Part shown: piece after piece, positions 1 through 10,257 of the stretch
Numbering within the stretch: position 1 is the stretch's first letter
Layout of the letters: each line of letters starts with the position of its first letter
Assembly: GCA_946965045.2 (NCBI GenBank)
Contig: OX337236.1
Coordinates: 682,001-746,000, forward strand
From: Epithemia pelagica
Taxonomy: Eukaryota; Protista; Bacillariophyta
Direction: 5' to 3'
Length of the DNA stretch: 64,000 nucleotides
The notes under the pieces: model-generated
Told to the model about the DNA's origin: nothing
The model's input: the letters and a program-made list of their open reading frames with translations, nothing else
Databases searched by the model: none
Position numbers and translations under genes: made by a program

Positions 1-253
1 GCAGACGACGCCTTGCCACAAACAAAAACAATCACATGTTCTAGCAAGTTGCAGTACACCCTCGAGTGGGGGAGGCCTTGGCGATCCCAACGCAGCCACC
101 ATCGCTACCGGCGGAGCAAGACGTATCGAATCGATACACCAAGAACAACAAAAACTGCAAAACGAGTGGAACGATTCGACGGTTCGCTCACCAAAAAGGG
201 TTCTTGCCATGGACAAAAAAGCAAGTCCTGCACAAAACAGTAGTGCCACAGCA

Positions 254-1656
254 TTAGAGGGACTCCATGTCGTCTTCCAAACCCCCACCACCACCATTAC
301 CCCATTCTTGACGCATCTGGTCCTCTTCCTCTTTGTCATCATCATCCGATTCGAACAAGTCTTGAAACAACAATCGTTCTTCCTCCTCGGTGCCACCAAA
401 AAGGGGGATGAACGCAAGGTTGTTCCTCATAGCATTGTATTCACTGGTACTACTAGTGGACAATGACAACATGTTTGTTGGGGTCGTTGTTGCTGTCCCC
501 ATGGTAGAAGACAAGGGCTGGTTGTACATGTTATCCATGGATGGTACTGCTGCTGTTGTTGCAGTAGAGTCTGGATGGTGGAAGGAAGGGACGATACTTC
601 GAGACCTTTTGGGGTTTGGTTCGGCCAGATCCGCGTCCGTTTCGTGTTGTTCTTGTTGTTGTGGTTCCAGCTGTTCCAACGACCAGTTGGCATTTGGTCC
701 TGGCGCCAAATACTGAAGCCTTGTTTCTTGTGTTTCTCGGGACGACGAGGCACCTGTGGGAGGGTATTGATGTGTAAATGGCTCTGTAGGCGGATGAACA
801 TTGGGCCACGAGACGGTACGTCGCGCCGGTCGTTTCTTGGTGCTGGGAGACGCCGCAGCGTCCGGTACCTCACTGGCACTGGCCCGTCGCTGCTTACTGG
901 CCACGCGACTGCGGAGAAACGTACTGCTGTTATTCGTATTCGGGGAAAAGTGGAAAGGCACCAAGGATCGTGGCCGCCGTGCTGGTTTTTGTGGTGTCGG
1001 TTGTTGTTCTTGTTCTTGTCGAGGAGAACCAACGGTGAATGACTCATTTTCTTCTTCTGGTCGTCGTCGTTCCAAACTCTGCTGCTGCTGCTGTTGTTGG
1101 TGCTGGTTTTGCTTGGAGCTGCGGGCCGCCACCATGTCGCGAAAGGCATGACTGCATTTGCGATGCACCTCCTTCTCGTTCAAGGGCACGTACGTGTGGG
1201 TGTCGGTGGACCATTTCAAAAAGCGACCGCCACTTTGACGAATGGTATTGGCCACCGTTTCAATCATTTCGCTCTTGGCCAAGCGGTCGGGAGCCTCCAT
1301 GTACTGGGCCAAATACAGAGACAAAAAGACGCGCATGCGACGATTGCCAATATTGTTAAAGGCCGACTTGTCTCGTCGACACAAGACATCGTACGGGCCA
1401 ATGACAACGCTGCTGCTCGAATGGGCGGTTGTCGTACTCCTCGGGAAGCCGCAGCAGTGGCAACCACCGGTGTGGAGCCATGTTCCTCCTCCGGATCATC
1501 CTCTCCGGTAACACTGGTCGGTGTACCGGTACGGCTTGGATCCTCCGTGACATTGTTGTGGTTCTTGTTGTTGTCGGCAGCAACTTTGAGTACTGCTGCT
1601 GAACGGTCCTGCTGTACGGTTTGTGCCTGGTTCGTTTGCTCGGTGGATCCGGACAT
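254..1656 (-). CDS. DUF6824-domain protein (paralog A), with an apparent 1-nt frameshift near 1437-1442 upstream of the domain
   Basis: ORF 254..1384 carries (VIGPYDVLC)RRDKSAFNNIGNRRMRV...KSEMIETVANTIRQSGGRFLKW...KCSHAFRD, the diatom DUF6824 signature. Its frame has no ATG before an upstream TGA, whereas an acidic/Ser-Thr-rich leader starting at ATG 1656 (MSGSTEQ...) runs in a neighbouring frame. Confidence 0.75.
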
Positions 1657-2675
1657 TGAGGATTCCAACAGTCTCTGCCCAACTACGAGTTGCTTGTGGG
1701 TATCAAGGAGAAGTCGTCAAGGGTGTCGTTATTGTTGTTGCTCTTCTTATTATTATTCTTATTCTTCTTTTGGATGTTGGTGTCGAAGAATTTGTGGTGT
1801 CAAACGACAAAAGAGGCTTGTGAGATTCCGTAGATTCGTGGATGGATACAAGGGTGATGGTGTTTTCGATGGTGGGTCTCGGGGTTTTGTGAGAAATCTT
1901 GTGGAACTGATTGGAACTGTCGGAGGAATACAATCGATCATCCTTTAAGTGGTACGACTTCGCATTTGAAACGACCGTCTCCTCACCAATGAAATTGTAC
2001 CAAGGATGCTAGAACGATTGCGTTTTGATACTTTGGTATCTTGTTTCATTCCTTTTGTTGCGTGTGTTCTTTTTGTTATCAATGCTGCTCAAGAATCCTT
2101 GTGTGCGTTTCGTGGCTGTCTTGTTGAGTAAGATGTTGGCTGTTGTTCGTTCTTGAGACGATCGTCGCAAGCTGGATAAGGACAGAAACAACCGTCACTC
2201 TTTCCGACCATGTCTTCAACATTCTCTATAAGGAAGAGGGAAATGAGGATTGTGAAAAGAGTGGACAAGAGGACGGCACACGCACGATTGTAATGTCTCA
2301 AATCTCAAATCGTGAGGATAATGAGACGACCAAGGTCCCAGTACTGTTATGTTCTATAGTAAAATTTAGGACAGGGTCGTCACCTGAACCTTCCTCAATG
2401 TTCTCACTGTTTCAGATCTTCACGAGAAGATACTTATCAAGGTTCTCGTTGGGCGCGGTTGAGCGTAAAACGTCCGAGCAGTCCCAACCGAATTCGCATT
2501 CATATTAATATACTTCAGCTCATAGAGAATATTTTCACTATAGGATAAAGTGTACGTTAAGAATATCCTTTGGGAGAGGGGTCGCACATACACGGCCCCT
2601 TCTTTCGCGACTGAGAAAGGATCTTTGTTGTGTTCTTGACCATGAGATCCTCCAAAGTGTTTCGTTCGTGTCGTC

Positions 2676-5066
2676 ATGGCAGATCCAGAGACCTTGTCGT
2701 CGGAAATCCTTCCCTCCAACGCACTTTCTTTTACGGACCACCATGGCGAAACCGTTTCCATGGCAAAGGACGAGATGAAAGAAACAGAGGCAACAACCGC
2801 AACACCTCGCATTTCTGGGTACCAAGACTTGCTCCAAACACTCTTGGATCATGTGACGCTCGCGGATCATGATTTTGATTGGTACTCCTCTTCGATTCTG
2901 AGGGGTGGTATTCTCTTGACGGGAAGTGCTGGAGTGGGCAAAACATTTTTGGTCTCGTTTCTCGCTCATTGCTTGACCACTCGGCAAACACCACGGAGTA
3001 ATAGTAGCAGTAGCAGCAATACGCTGGGATCTAGACCCGTCCAATGGCAGATTCAGTGGAACAGTGTCCATTCCTTGTGGTTGCGCGTTGCCGAACGTCC
3101 ATGGGCGACGGTTGAAGAAATTGCCTCGTGGATCGCACCAGGCATTACACACAACGACGACGCGCCGTCGTTACCCGAACCAGTTCCTGGCATTGACGGC
3201 AGCGACACCAGCTATAGCAGCAACATGCCAATGGTACGAACCTTGGTAGTATTGGACGATTTGGAAGTGTTATTGTCCAGTCCCATTGCTTCCTCCTCGT
3301 CGTCGATGGGCGACCACGATCCGAAGGACAGTGTCGTCACCACCACAACGACGACACGTTCCTCCGAACTCCAACGACTGCAAGCTGCCGTGATGCACGT
3401 TCTCGATCATGTCATCACGAATCCAAGGTTGGTCCAAGTCATTGGCATGGCCCAACAAGCTGCATCATCTTCCTCACTGGCACCGTGGCTCACCAAAGTC
3501 CATCGACTGGATTGTCACATTCACATGGAACCACCGACCCAATGGCAACGACAAGAATTGTTGGAAACCATGCTGACTGCACTCCTTGGTCATTCTCGCA
3601 CTCCACCACCACAACAACCACAACAGGCCAGAGACGACGAGCCACGAGCAACCACCAAAATCGCAAGCGAGACTGGTAATACCATCCCCACTACGACGAC
3701 AATGCCGCAAGTGCCGTTGTGGGCCGATTCCTTGGCGACGGTCACGGCTGGCTTTGTGGCGGGCGATTTGGTACACTTGTGTTTGCAAGCCCATTTGCGA
3801 GCCGAGGCTCGCTTGGAATCAACCGCCGTTTCCGGGGAGACTGCTGGAGAAAACGACCCTAGTACTACGGGCCGTGTGGAGTGGGACGATTTGGCGCACG
3901 TGGCCCAATCCATGACACCGTCGCAATTGGAATATTTGGATGTGATTCGACCGCCCATGGGTGTCACGGTCCCCGATTCCAGGGATACTACTCGCAGTAA
4001 CAGTAGTAGCGACACGGTGACGATGGATCCACGACATTCCTACCGACACTGGTACACACACCATCAAGACTGTTGGAAAGGCTTTATCGGTTACGAGACG
4101 CTCAAGAAACATGTCTTTCGTTCCATTGTGTTGCCATGGAGACAATTGCTCTTCCTCTCCAACAACAAAACGAAACAACAGCAACCACGCTCAACGACTC
4201 TGGACCGCGATTCCACCCATGACTCATCTCCAACAACTACAACAACCATACTAACACCACCCCGTGGTGTCGTGTTTCACGGTCCTTCCGGTTGTGGCAA
4301 ATCGTTGGCCGCCACCTGTTTGGCTGCCTCGTGTGGATTGCCCATGATTCGGGTGCGTCCGGCTGATATTTTGGACAAGTGGTTGGGTGGTTCCGAGGCG
4401 GCCCTACGGTCCATCTTTCAACGGGCCCGCGGCGCTGCGCCGTGTATTTTGTTCTTGGAGGAACTTGATGCCTTGGCCACCAATCGACAAGAAGACCAAG
4501 ATGGTGGTGGTGGTGGTGGTGGTGACACGACCGGTGTCATGTCGAGACTCTTGTCCACGTTTTTGAATGAATTGGATGGAGTCACGACACTTTCGTCGTC
4601 CGGTGGTGCTGGTCGCGTGTTGGTGGTGGCCTGCACCAATCGCATGGAAAGTTTGGATGCCGCCTTGTTGCGACCGGGACGATTGGAGGAACATGTCCAA
4701 GTGCCACCCCCGTCACGAAGCGATGTTCCTTTGATTTTACGACACTACTTTTCCTGGCCACCCAAGACTCGAGACACCAAGGCTTCGCCCTTGTTTGTCG
4801 ACAATGAGGTCAATCTCGAGCACTTGGCAACTCGCTTGACAAAACACAATTCCTCACTCGATATTACAGCCGCTAGCCTAGAAGGGCTGGCACGGGAAGC
4901 CGTATTCCGATGCATTCGAAAACAAACCATGACGGTTTCGGATGGGGAAGAGGATGATCACACAGACTCTACTCGTAACGATCACGACGACGACGTGTTT
5001 TCTCCCAAACTGGTATCTCTCGCAGATATTGAAGAGGCCATGGAAGCTCTGCATCTATTGGGATAA
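2676..5066 (+). CDS. Type II AAA+ ATPase, CDC48/AFG2(SPATA5)-like, 796 aa, single exon
   Basis: Two Walker A motifs (GSAGVGKT, GPSGCGKS), pore loop KWLGGSE and second region of homology VVACTNRMESLDAALLRPGRL. Confidence 0.9.
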   Translation: MADPETLSSEILPSNALSFTDHHGETVSMAKDEMKETEATTATPRISGYQDLLQTLLDHVTLADHDFDWYSSSILRGGILLTGSAGVGKTFLVSFLAHCLTTRQTPRSNSSSSSNTLGSRPVQWQIQWNSVHSLWLRVAERPWATVEEIASWIAPGITHNDDAPSLPEPVPGIDGSDTSYSSNMPMVRTLVVLDDLEVLLSSPIASSSSSMGDHDPKDSVVTTTTTTRSSELQRLQAAVMHVLDHVITNPRLVQVIGMAQQAASSSSLAPWLTKVHRLDCHIHMEPPTQWQRQELLETMLTALLGHSRTPPPQQPQQARDDEPRATTKIASETGNTIPTTTTMPQVPLWADSLATVTAGFVAGDLVHLCLQAHLRAEARLESTAVSGETAGENDPSTTGRVEWDDLAHVAQSMTPSQLEYLDVIRPPMGVTVPDSRDTTRSNSSSDTVTMDPRHSYRHWYTHHQDCWKGFIGYETLKKHVFRSIVLPWRQLLFLSNNKTKQQQPRSTTLDRDSTHDSSPTTTTTILTPPRGVVFHGPSGCGKSLAATCLAASCGLPMIRVRPADILDKWLGGSEAALRSIFQRARGAAPCILFLEELDALATNRQEDQDGGGGGGGDTTGVMSRLLSTFLNELDGVTTLSSSGGAGRVLVVACTNRMESLDAALLRPGRLEEHVQVPPPSRSDVPLILRHYFSWPPKTRDTKASPLFVDNEVNLEHLATRLTKHNSSLDITAASLEGLAREAVFRCIRKQTMTVSDGEEDDHTDSTRNDHDDDVFSPKLVSLADIEEAMEALHLLG

Positions 5067-5714
5067 CCACAAAACTCTGCATTCTGGTTCGCTCGTGTCT
5101 TTCTGAGGCATTGTTCTGAGACTCTCATGATATGATCACCATATCATGATGCTCCGGATAAGGCGATCTTTGATGGCGATGCCGTACGGAAAGCACGAAT
5201 GACATATGCAACATGAGCTGATCTAAGGATGAGTGATTCTCGCAAGAGTCTTCAGTGTGGTTACGAGGTCAACGTCCATGGCGGGCGAACCACAATGAGC
5301 TTTGCTCGCAAAAGAGAATAACCTGCTCCTTTTTGCTTTGTAGTTTGTAGGTATTCGCTAAGGCGGGCTTGTCAGCAGTGATTGACTAAATTTTAGTTTT
5401 GCTTCAGCTGAATACATCAAGCTTGTACATTGCTCTTTGGATTGCCGCTGACTACGTCGTAGATGGATTTTATTCATTTCATTTCACGCGAGTTGCCATA
5501 TATTTGAAAATATGAGGGTACAATCGAAGTGTTTCTGGAATTCATCGATTGGGTTCCTTGTCATGGCCTTTTCCGAGCGGTCGTATACCATCATGGTACA
5601 CTCTCCGTTACATTCAATGATTCAGATTTTCTGGTGCGAATTTTGCGCGAGCATAGCGTCTATCATTCTACACTTTATCTCACACTGGATCGAAGTGCTT
5701 CTTACCGCGCTTAA

Positions 5715-6319
5715 CCCTTTCAGCCCGGCAAGTCAAATTTTTGACAATTATGTCAGTCATTTCACTTTTTTAGTGACCGCACAAACTACTTAACAAAAAA
5801 GTCAAAATACTCTATGGGTATATCAATCCACGTCACTCCACGTATGCCTAATCTATAGGGAGTGTTCGCCCAGGACTCACCTCCTCTTCGTTTGAAAGTG
5901 ATCATTGATCTTGTGATACCATAGGAGACCATGGACTCTACAAGAGAGTCGGGTTGTCCATTGGTGTTGATGAGAAGTGGTTTTTGGGGTTTTGTATGAA
6001 AATGGGAAATTGGCGATTTCATAACAAGCAGCCGTCAAAATACAAAGTTCTGACTATCGTACGAAAGTACATTACAATACGCTTCATATGTGACAAACAG
6101 TAGGCCTATAACATATTGGTCATTGAAATATGATCGTTGCAAAATCACAAATTTGCAAATTTGGAAAATGACGATATTGTCATCATTTTTTGAATCACGA
6201 GTTGTTGGTCATAACTCACGTTCACGTGGCATTTTGTTAATTGGATTGCAATTTTGTTATGTATTTTTGGTGACAAATTTGTCAGTGACCGGGCCAAAAA
6301 AAGTGCCGGGCTGAAAGGG
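5715..6319. mobile_element. Non-autonomous piggyBac-type DNA transposon (MITE), 605 bp
   Basis: Perfect 16-bp TIRs CCCTTTCAGCCCGGCA (5715-5730) and TGCCGGGCTGAAAGGG (6304-6319), each flanked by TTAA (5711-5714, 6320-6323). Palindromic subterminal TGACA...TGTCA motifs at both ends; no transposase ORF. Confidence 0.9.
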
Positions 6320-6694
6320 TTAATTTTCCCATATGTGCTCGCGATACACAGCGTCCACAATCCACAACAGCGAACAAACGTCAGAATTCAGACCCACGAC
6401 CCACGCGCTTTGGAAGATGGCGTGTACATCTCTCACAAAAATTGCAGATCAACAAAGAAACTGCAAGAATTCTAGAACGTGTCCATCAGTCTCACAACTT
6501 TTATTTGAGGGGCACTTGAAACACAAGTGCGTGAAGAATGAATGTTGGGCCTTTTGGGGAAAAATATTCCCTGAACAATCAGCCTCAAGAAGAGTCTGTA
6601 CATCCATCAAAGAGCAATGACATTGCCGAAAACGACGTGAGGGACCAGGACAGCTTAACCAAAAACGTATCTTCCTTGTCAACCCAGGAAAAGT

Positions 6695-7936
6695 ATGGCG
6701 CTCATGGGATTTGGTCCATATGATGTAATTTGCGGTCGCGACAAGCAGGCATTTAACAATGTTGGCAATCGTCGAATGCGAGTCTTCTTGACCTTGTACT
6801 TGCCTCAATATTTGGACTCCAAAACTCGAAAGGGCAAAAGCAAAATCATTCGGACTGTCGTAGAAACTATGCAAGCCGGTGGGGGTCGCTTTCTCAAGTG
6901 GAATCGAACGGAAAAATCATTTTCGGAGCTTTCAGACAAGGAGGCCCACGCCAAGTGCAGTCATGCATTCCGAGATATGGTGACTGCGCGAGTTACGGTT
7001 TGTGCCAACAATCAAGGGACTGCACCCAAAAAGGGTCGGTCTCGATCGTTGGTATCCATTCACGGGAGTGTAGCCAATACCTACTCTTGGTCGCCAACTG
7101 GCGCAGAGACTAGTGCTACGCCGGCAATACCTACTCGAAGTAAAGTACGTCGAGCGCTTTCTTGTCCAAGCACAATGCAGGGAAGTGGTTCCGATTCCTC
7201 CAGTAACAGTAGTGCTCCTCCGACATTTTCGAGAGATGGGCATGAAACGGAAGACGTCCTACCTGAGGACACGAAACAATCAGCCGAAAATCGTGGAGGT
7301 GGAGAACCAATGAAAGGATTATTGTTGGATGGACCCGAGGACGAAGATGAGTGGGACGAAGAAGGAGAATATGATTGGACGAACAGCAAGCCCGTATCGC
7401 GTGCAACACCCGAACGATATGGAATGAGCATGCGCCGAGAACCGTTTCAGGCCGCCATTGCAGAGGATGGCTTTGATCCTGACACGTTGTCGCTTCCTCC
7501 CGGAAACCCGACTACTTTCCCGGCGTCAATGACCATGGGACATTCCGATGGAGCAAATCAAGAGAGATTGGATGAGCAACCAAAGCTTGGTGTTCCTGTG
7601 GACAGTATCGTGTTCTACAAAGACGATCCAATGGAACTCGACGAACAACCAGAGCCACCAAATCGTCAGGGCGTTGAAAATGTCGAAGAAATTTGTCAGG
7701 AAGAGACTAGTATTAGTCCAAAAGTGATTGATATGATGTTTTCATCGGACGAGCACCATATCGATGAGGAGGAAGAACGAAAACTCTTCCAAGATTTCTT
7801 TACAGATGGAATTCAGGACGCAAAGATGGATGATCCACCCAACTTCGCAGTTATGGAGGAAGAGGACGCTACCGATATCAAAAATGAGGATACATTTGTA
7901 GGAGCTAACAAAACAGATAACAATAGTGTCACATAA
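6695..7936 (+). CDS. DUF6824-domain protein (paralog B), 413 aa
   Basis: N-terminal GPYDVICGRDKQAFNNVGNRRMRVFLTLYL...GGGRFLKW...KCSHAFRD followed by a long disordered acidic tail; clearly homologous to paralog A. Confidence 0.85.
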   Translation: MALMGFGPYDVICGRDKQAFNNVGNRRMRVFLTLYLPQYLDSKTRKGKSKIIRTVVETMQAGGGRFLKWNRTEKSFSELSDKEAHAKCSHAFRDMVTARVTVCANNQGTAPKKGRSRSLVSIHGSVANTYSWSPTGAETSATPAIPTRSKVRRALSCPSTMQGSGSDSSSNSSAPPTFSRDGHETEDVLPEDTKQSAENRGGGEPMKGLLLDGPEDEDEWDEEGEYDWTNSKPVSRATPERYGMSMRREPFQAAIAEDGFDPDTLSLPPGNPTTFPASMTMGHSDGANQERLDEQPKLGVPVDSIVFYKDDPMELDEQPEPPNRQGVENVEEICQEETSISPKVIDMMFSSDEHHIDEEEERKLFQDFFTDGIQDAKMDDPPNFAVMEEEDATDIKNEDTFVGANKTDNNSVT

Positions 7937-8306
7937 GAAGCAACCGGAAGAGCGTCGTATATATGCTTTGTCCTTGACAAGGCACACTTTCGTCACTGCA
8001 AACTTCATCTTGACCTGTCGGTGGATGTAATGATCTTTGTTGTCATTACCCCATATGTGTTTATGAGTGAGTGCTTTGTGTAATGTACTGTTGTTTCCTG
8101 TCAGTTGATGGTTACAAACGCTCCATCTGGAGCCGTTTGTATGCTTTCAAAAGAAATCTATATGCAATGCAGTACTAATAGAACAGGACACTTTTAATTC
8201 TCGTAGTGTCCATGAATCAATAACATTTCCAAGCTCGCTGTATAGAACACACCATCACCATGAATCCTCGTCCTCCTTTTTCCACTCAGCTAGCAGCTGC
8301 CATTCT

Positions 8307-9378
8307 TTAATAGGCCGGTGCTTGTTCGGGCATGTCATTAAGGTTTCCACCAAAGTTGACATTGAATCCTTGATCAACGCCATTGGGACGCGTACACAAC
8401 ATTTCGGGGGTTCCATCCACGACATCCTTGAGACGTGGTTTGACTTGTTCTCGTTGCGCCAAGGCCCCCATTTCTTCCATCATGCGTTGAAAGGGTTGTG
8501 CCATGACGTGTCGTTCATGGTTACAAACGTCGACTTCCATTTGCAATGTTTTGAGCAAGAGAGGATGCAAATCTCGCCAGGACCGATCCACGACTTCGTC
8601 CATCAACAAGTACAAGTCTTCGGCCGCGTCATTGTACAATCGCGTCGCCTCTTGCAATTTCTTTTCGTTCCGATCCAATTTGTCACGGGTGGCCTCTGGT
8701 ACGGCCTTGCCATGATCTTCATACTTTTTCACATTTCCCTGTAGGGACTCTACCTTGGATTTGTAATGATCCGCATCGCGTCGCAACTGGTCCGTGGCTT
8801 TCATGTCGGCATTGACACGGGTTGTGACGGTCGTTTCCCATTCCGCCACATAGTCAATGGCAAACTTGTGAAAGTCATCGGCCTGTTTGCGTGTTTGGCG
8901 GTCCAAGTCATCAATCATGACGCTTGCGTAGGTTTCATTGCCTTCTCTTGTATTTTCCGGGCCGTCGTCCGTGGAGGAACCAGCAATCTTTTCCAAGGGA
9001 GTGTCATTACTCATGGCCGATAACGTTTGAGCGACCTGTGGTACGGGGAAACAAGACACATCAGTCGGTTGAGATCCAAAAAAAAGAACGGACTATAACG
9101 CAATGGTAACAAACAACAACACAGCGATTCGTTGGACACGCACGTACCGCGACGCGTGCTTGTGTGGTGTTGAGAAGGGCGGCATGGCGATCTTTGAGTG
9201 CCTTTTTGACAGTCGTCAACCGTTTGCACATGGTATGGTACCGCAGTCTCAAGGCTTCTAATTCTTCCTTTCCATTGGCCGACTTTTCTCCAAAGGACTG
9301 ACGCAAAATGACTCCCATGCGCGTCTTGTTGCCCTTGTTGTTGTTGCTCATCAACGGACCATTGTCGTCGTATCCCAT
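8307..9378 (-). CDS. BAR-domain-like coiled-coil protein, about 319 aa; exons 9378-9148 and 9035-8307
   Basis: Helical sequence KRLTTVKKALKDRHAALL...DQLRRDADHYKSKVESL...KLDRNEKKLQEA. A 112-nt intron (GTACGT...CAG) joins the two ORFs in phase 0. Confidence 0.7.
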
Positions 9379-10194
9379 GGTTGGATACTAATGGAGGTTT
9401 TCTTTAACTTTGTAGGCAAAAGAGGAGATGGAGTGGAATCAGAGGCGACAACAACAATACACCTCTGGAATGGATGATCGGTGAACCTTTCGTCCCTGGA
9501 ACACACACACCAAAAGAGGAAAATGTTCTTTGTCCCAATAAAACGACAGGGGAGATGACAAGAAAAAAGCAAGCAACGGTCTTTTTCAAGAAAGAGGCAC
9601 TTGCTTTCAAAACCCCGCTTTCTGAATTTACAAACATCAAATGGAAGATATCCATAATTTAATTTGTATCACTGGGAAGTAAAGTTTGGAGATCGACCCA
9701 ACCAAACCAAAATATAAGCATTCTGGTTGCGCCCAATCGGAGTCGGGGGAAATGGGGGACAAAAAAACGGCAGTCAAGATTTCTATCCCTCTACTTCTAC
9801 TTGGAGTAGCTATTAGCTATTGGGGTTGGATCGATGGGTAGCCGCGCACTCTTCTCTACGTAGAGTAGTTGGCCTACCTATAGATAGCATCAAACGTATG
9901 ATTCCAAGTATTGTATGCGTGTGATCGTTTCTCTCTCTATTATGAGTCTTTATATTCGTCCTGATCCTGTTCTTCGGTATAGAGAACAGGAGCATACAGC
10001 AATGGTGGTGTTGTGAGTGTACGAGTGATGAGTTAGTTGCAACTCTTCCCGTCTTGTCTTGGTGGTGGCCAAAGGGACCACAACGAAACACACAAGCGAG
10101 GATACGCTTGGTAGGTCTATCATGATGACGGCGAAAAATGGAGTTGCGCAAGCCGTGTTGCGTAATTCTTGTTGGAATTCAAAACTTTTGTCTC

Positions 10195-10227
10195 CTTCTT
10201 CTTCTTCTTCTTCTTCTTCTTCTTCTT
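10195..10227. repeat. (CTT)11 microsatellite followed by GGTGC
   Basis: Read directly from the sequence. Confidence 0.95.
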
Positions 10228-10257
10228 GGTGCTAGTGATGGTCTTGTCGTTGGTATT

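Noticed and set aside
1094-1948. Long ORFs antisense to real genes (e.g. 1094-1948 +, 10138-10953 +, 41306-42226 +, 51719-52519 -)
   Set aside because: They are shadow frames of low-complexity coding sequence on the other strand and carry no domain motifs of their own.
5125-5149. 10-bp hairpin TCATGATATG/CATATCATGA after the AAA gene
   Set aside because: Short, AT-rich and isolated; not enough for a feature call.
5153-5165. CCGGATAAGGCG resembling an enterobacterial REP half
   Set aside because: Only 12 nt, no partner arm, in a eukaryotic context; expected by chance.
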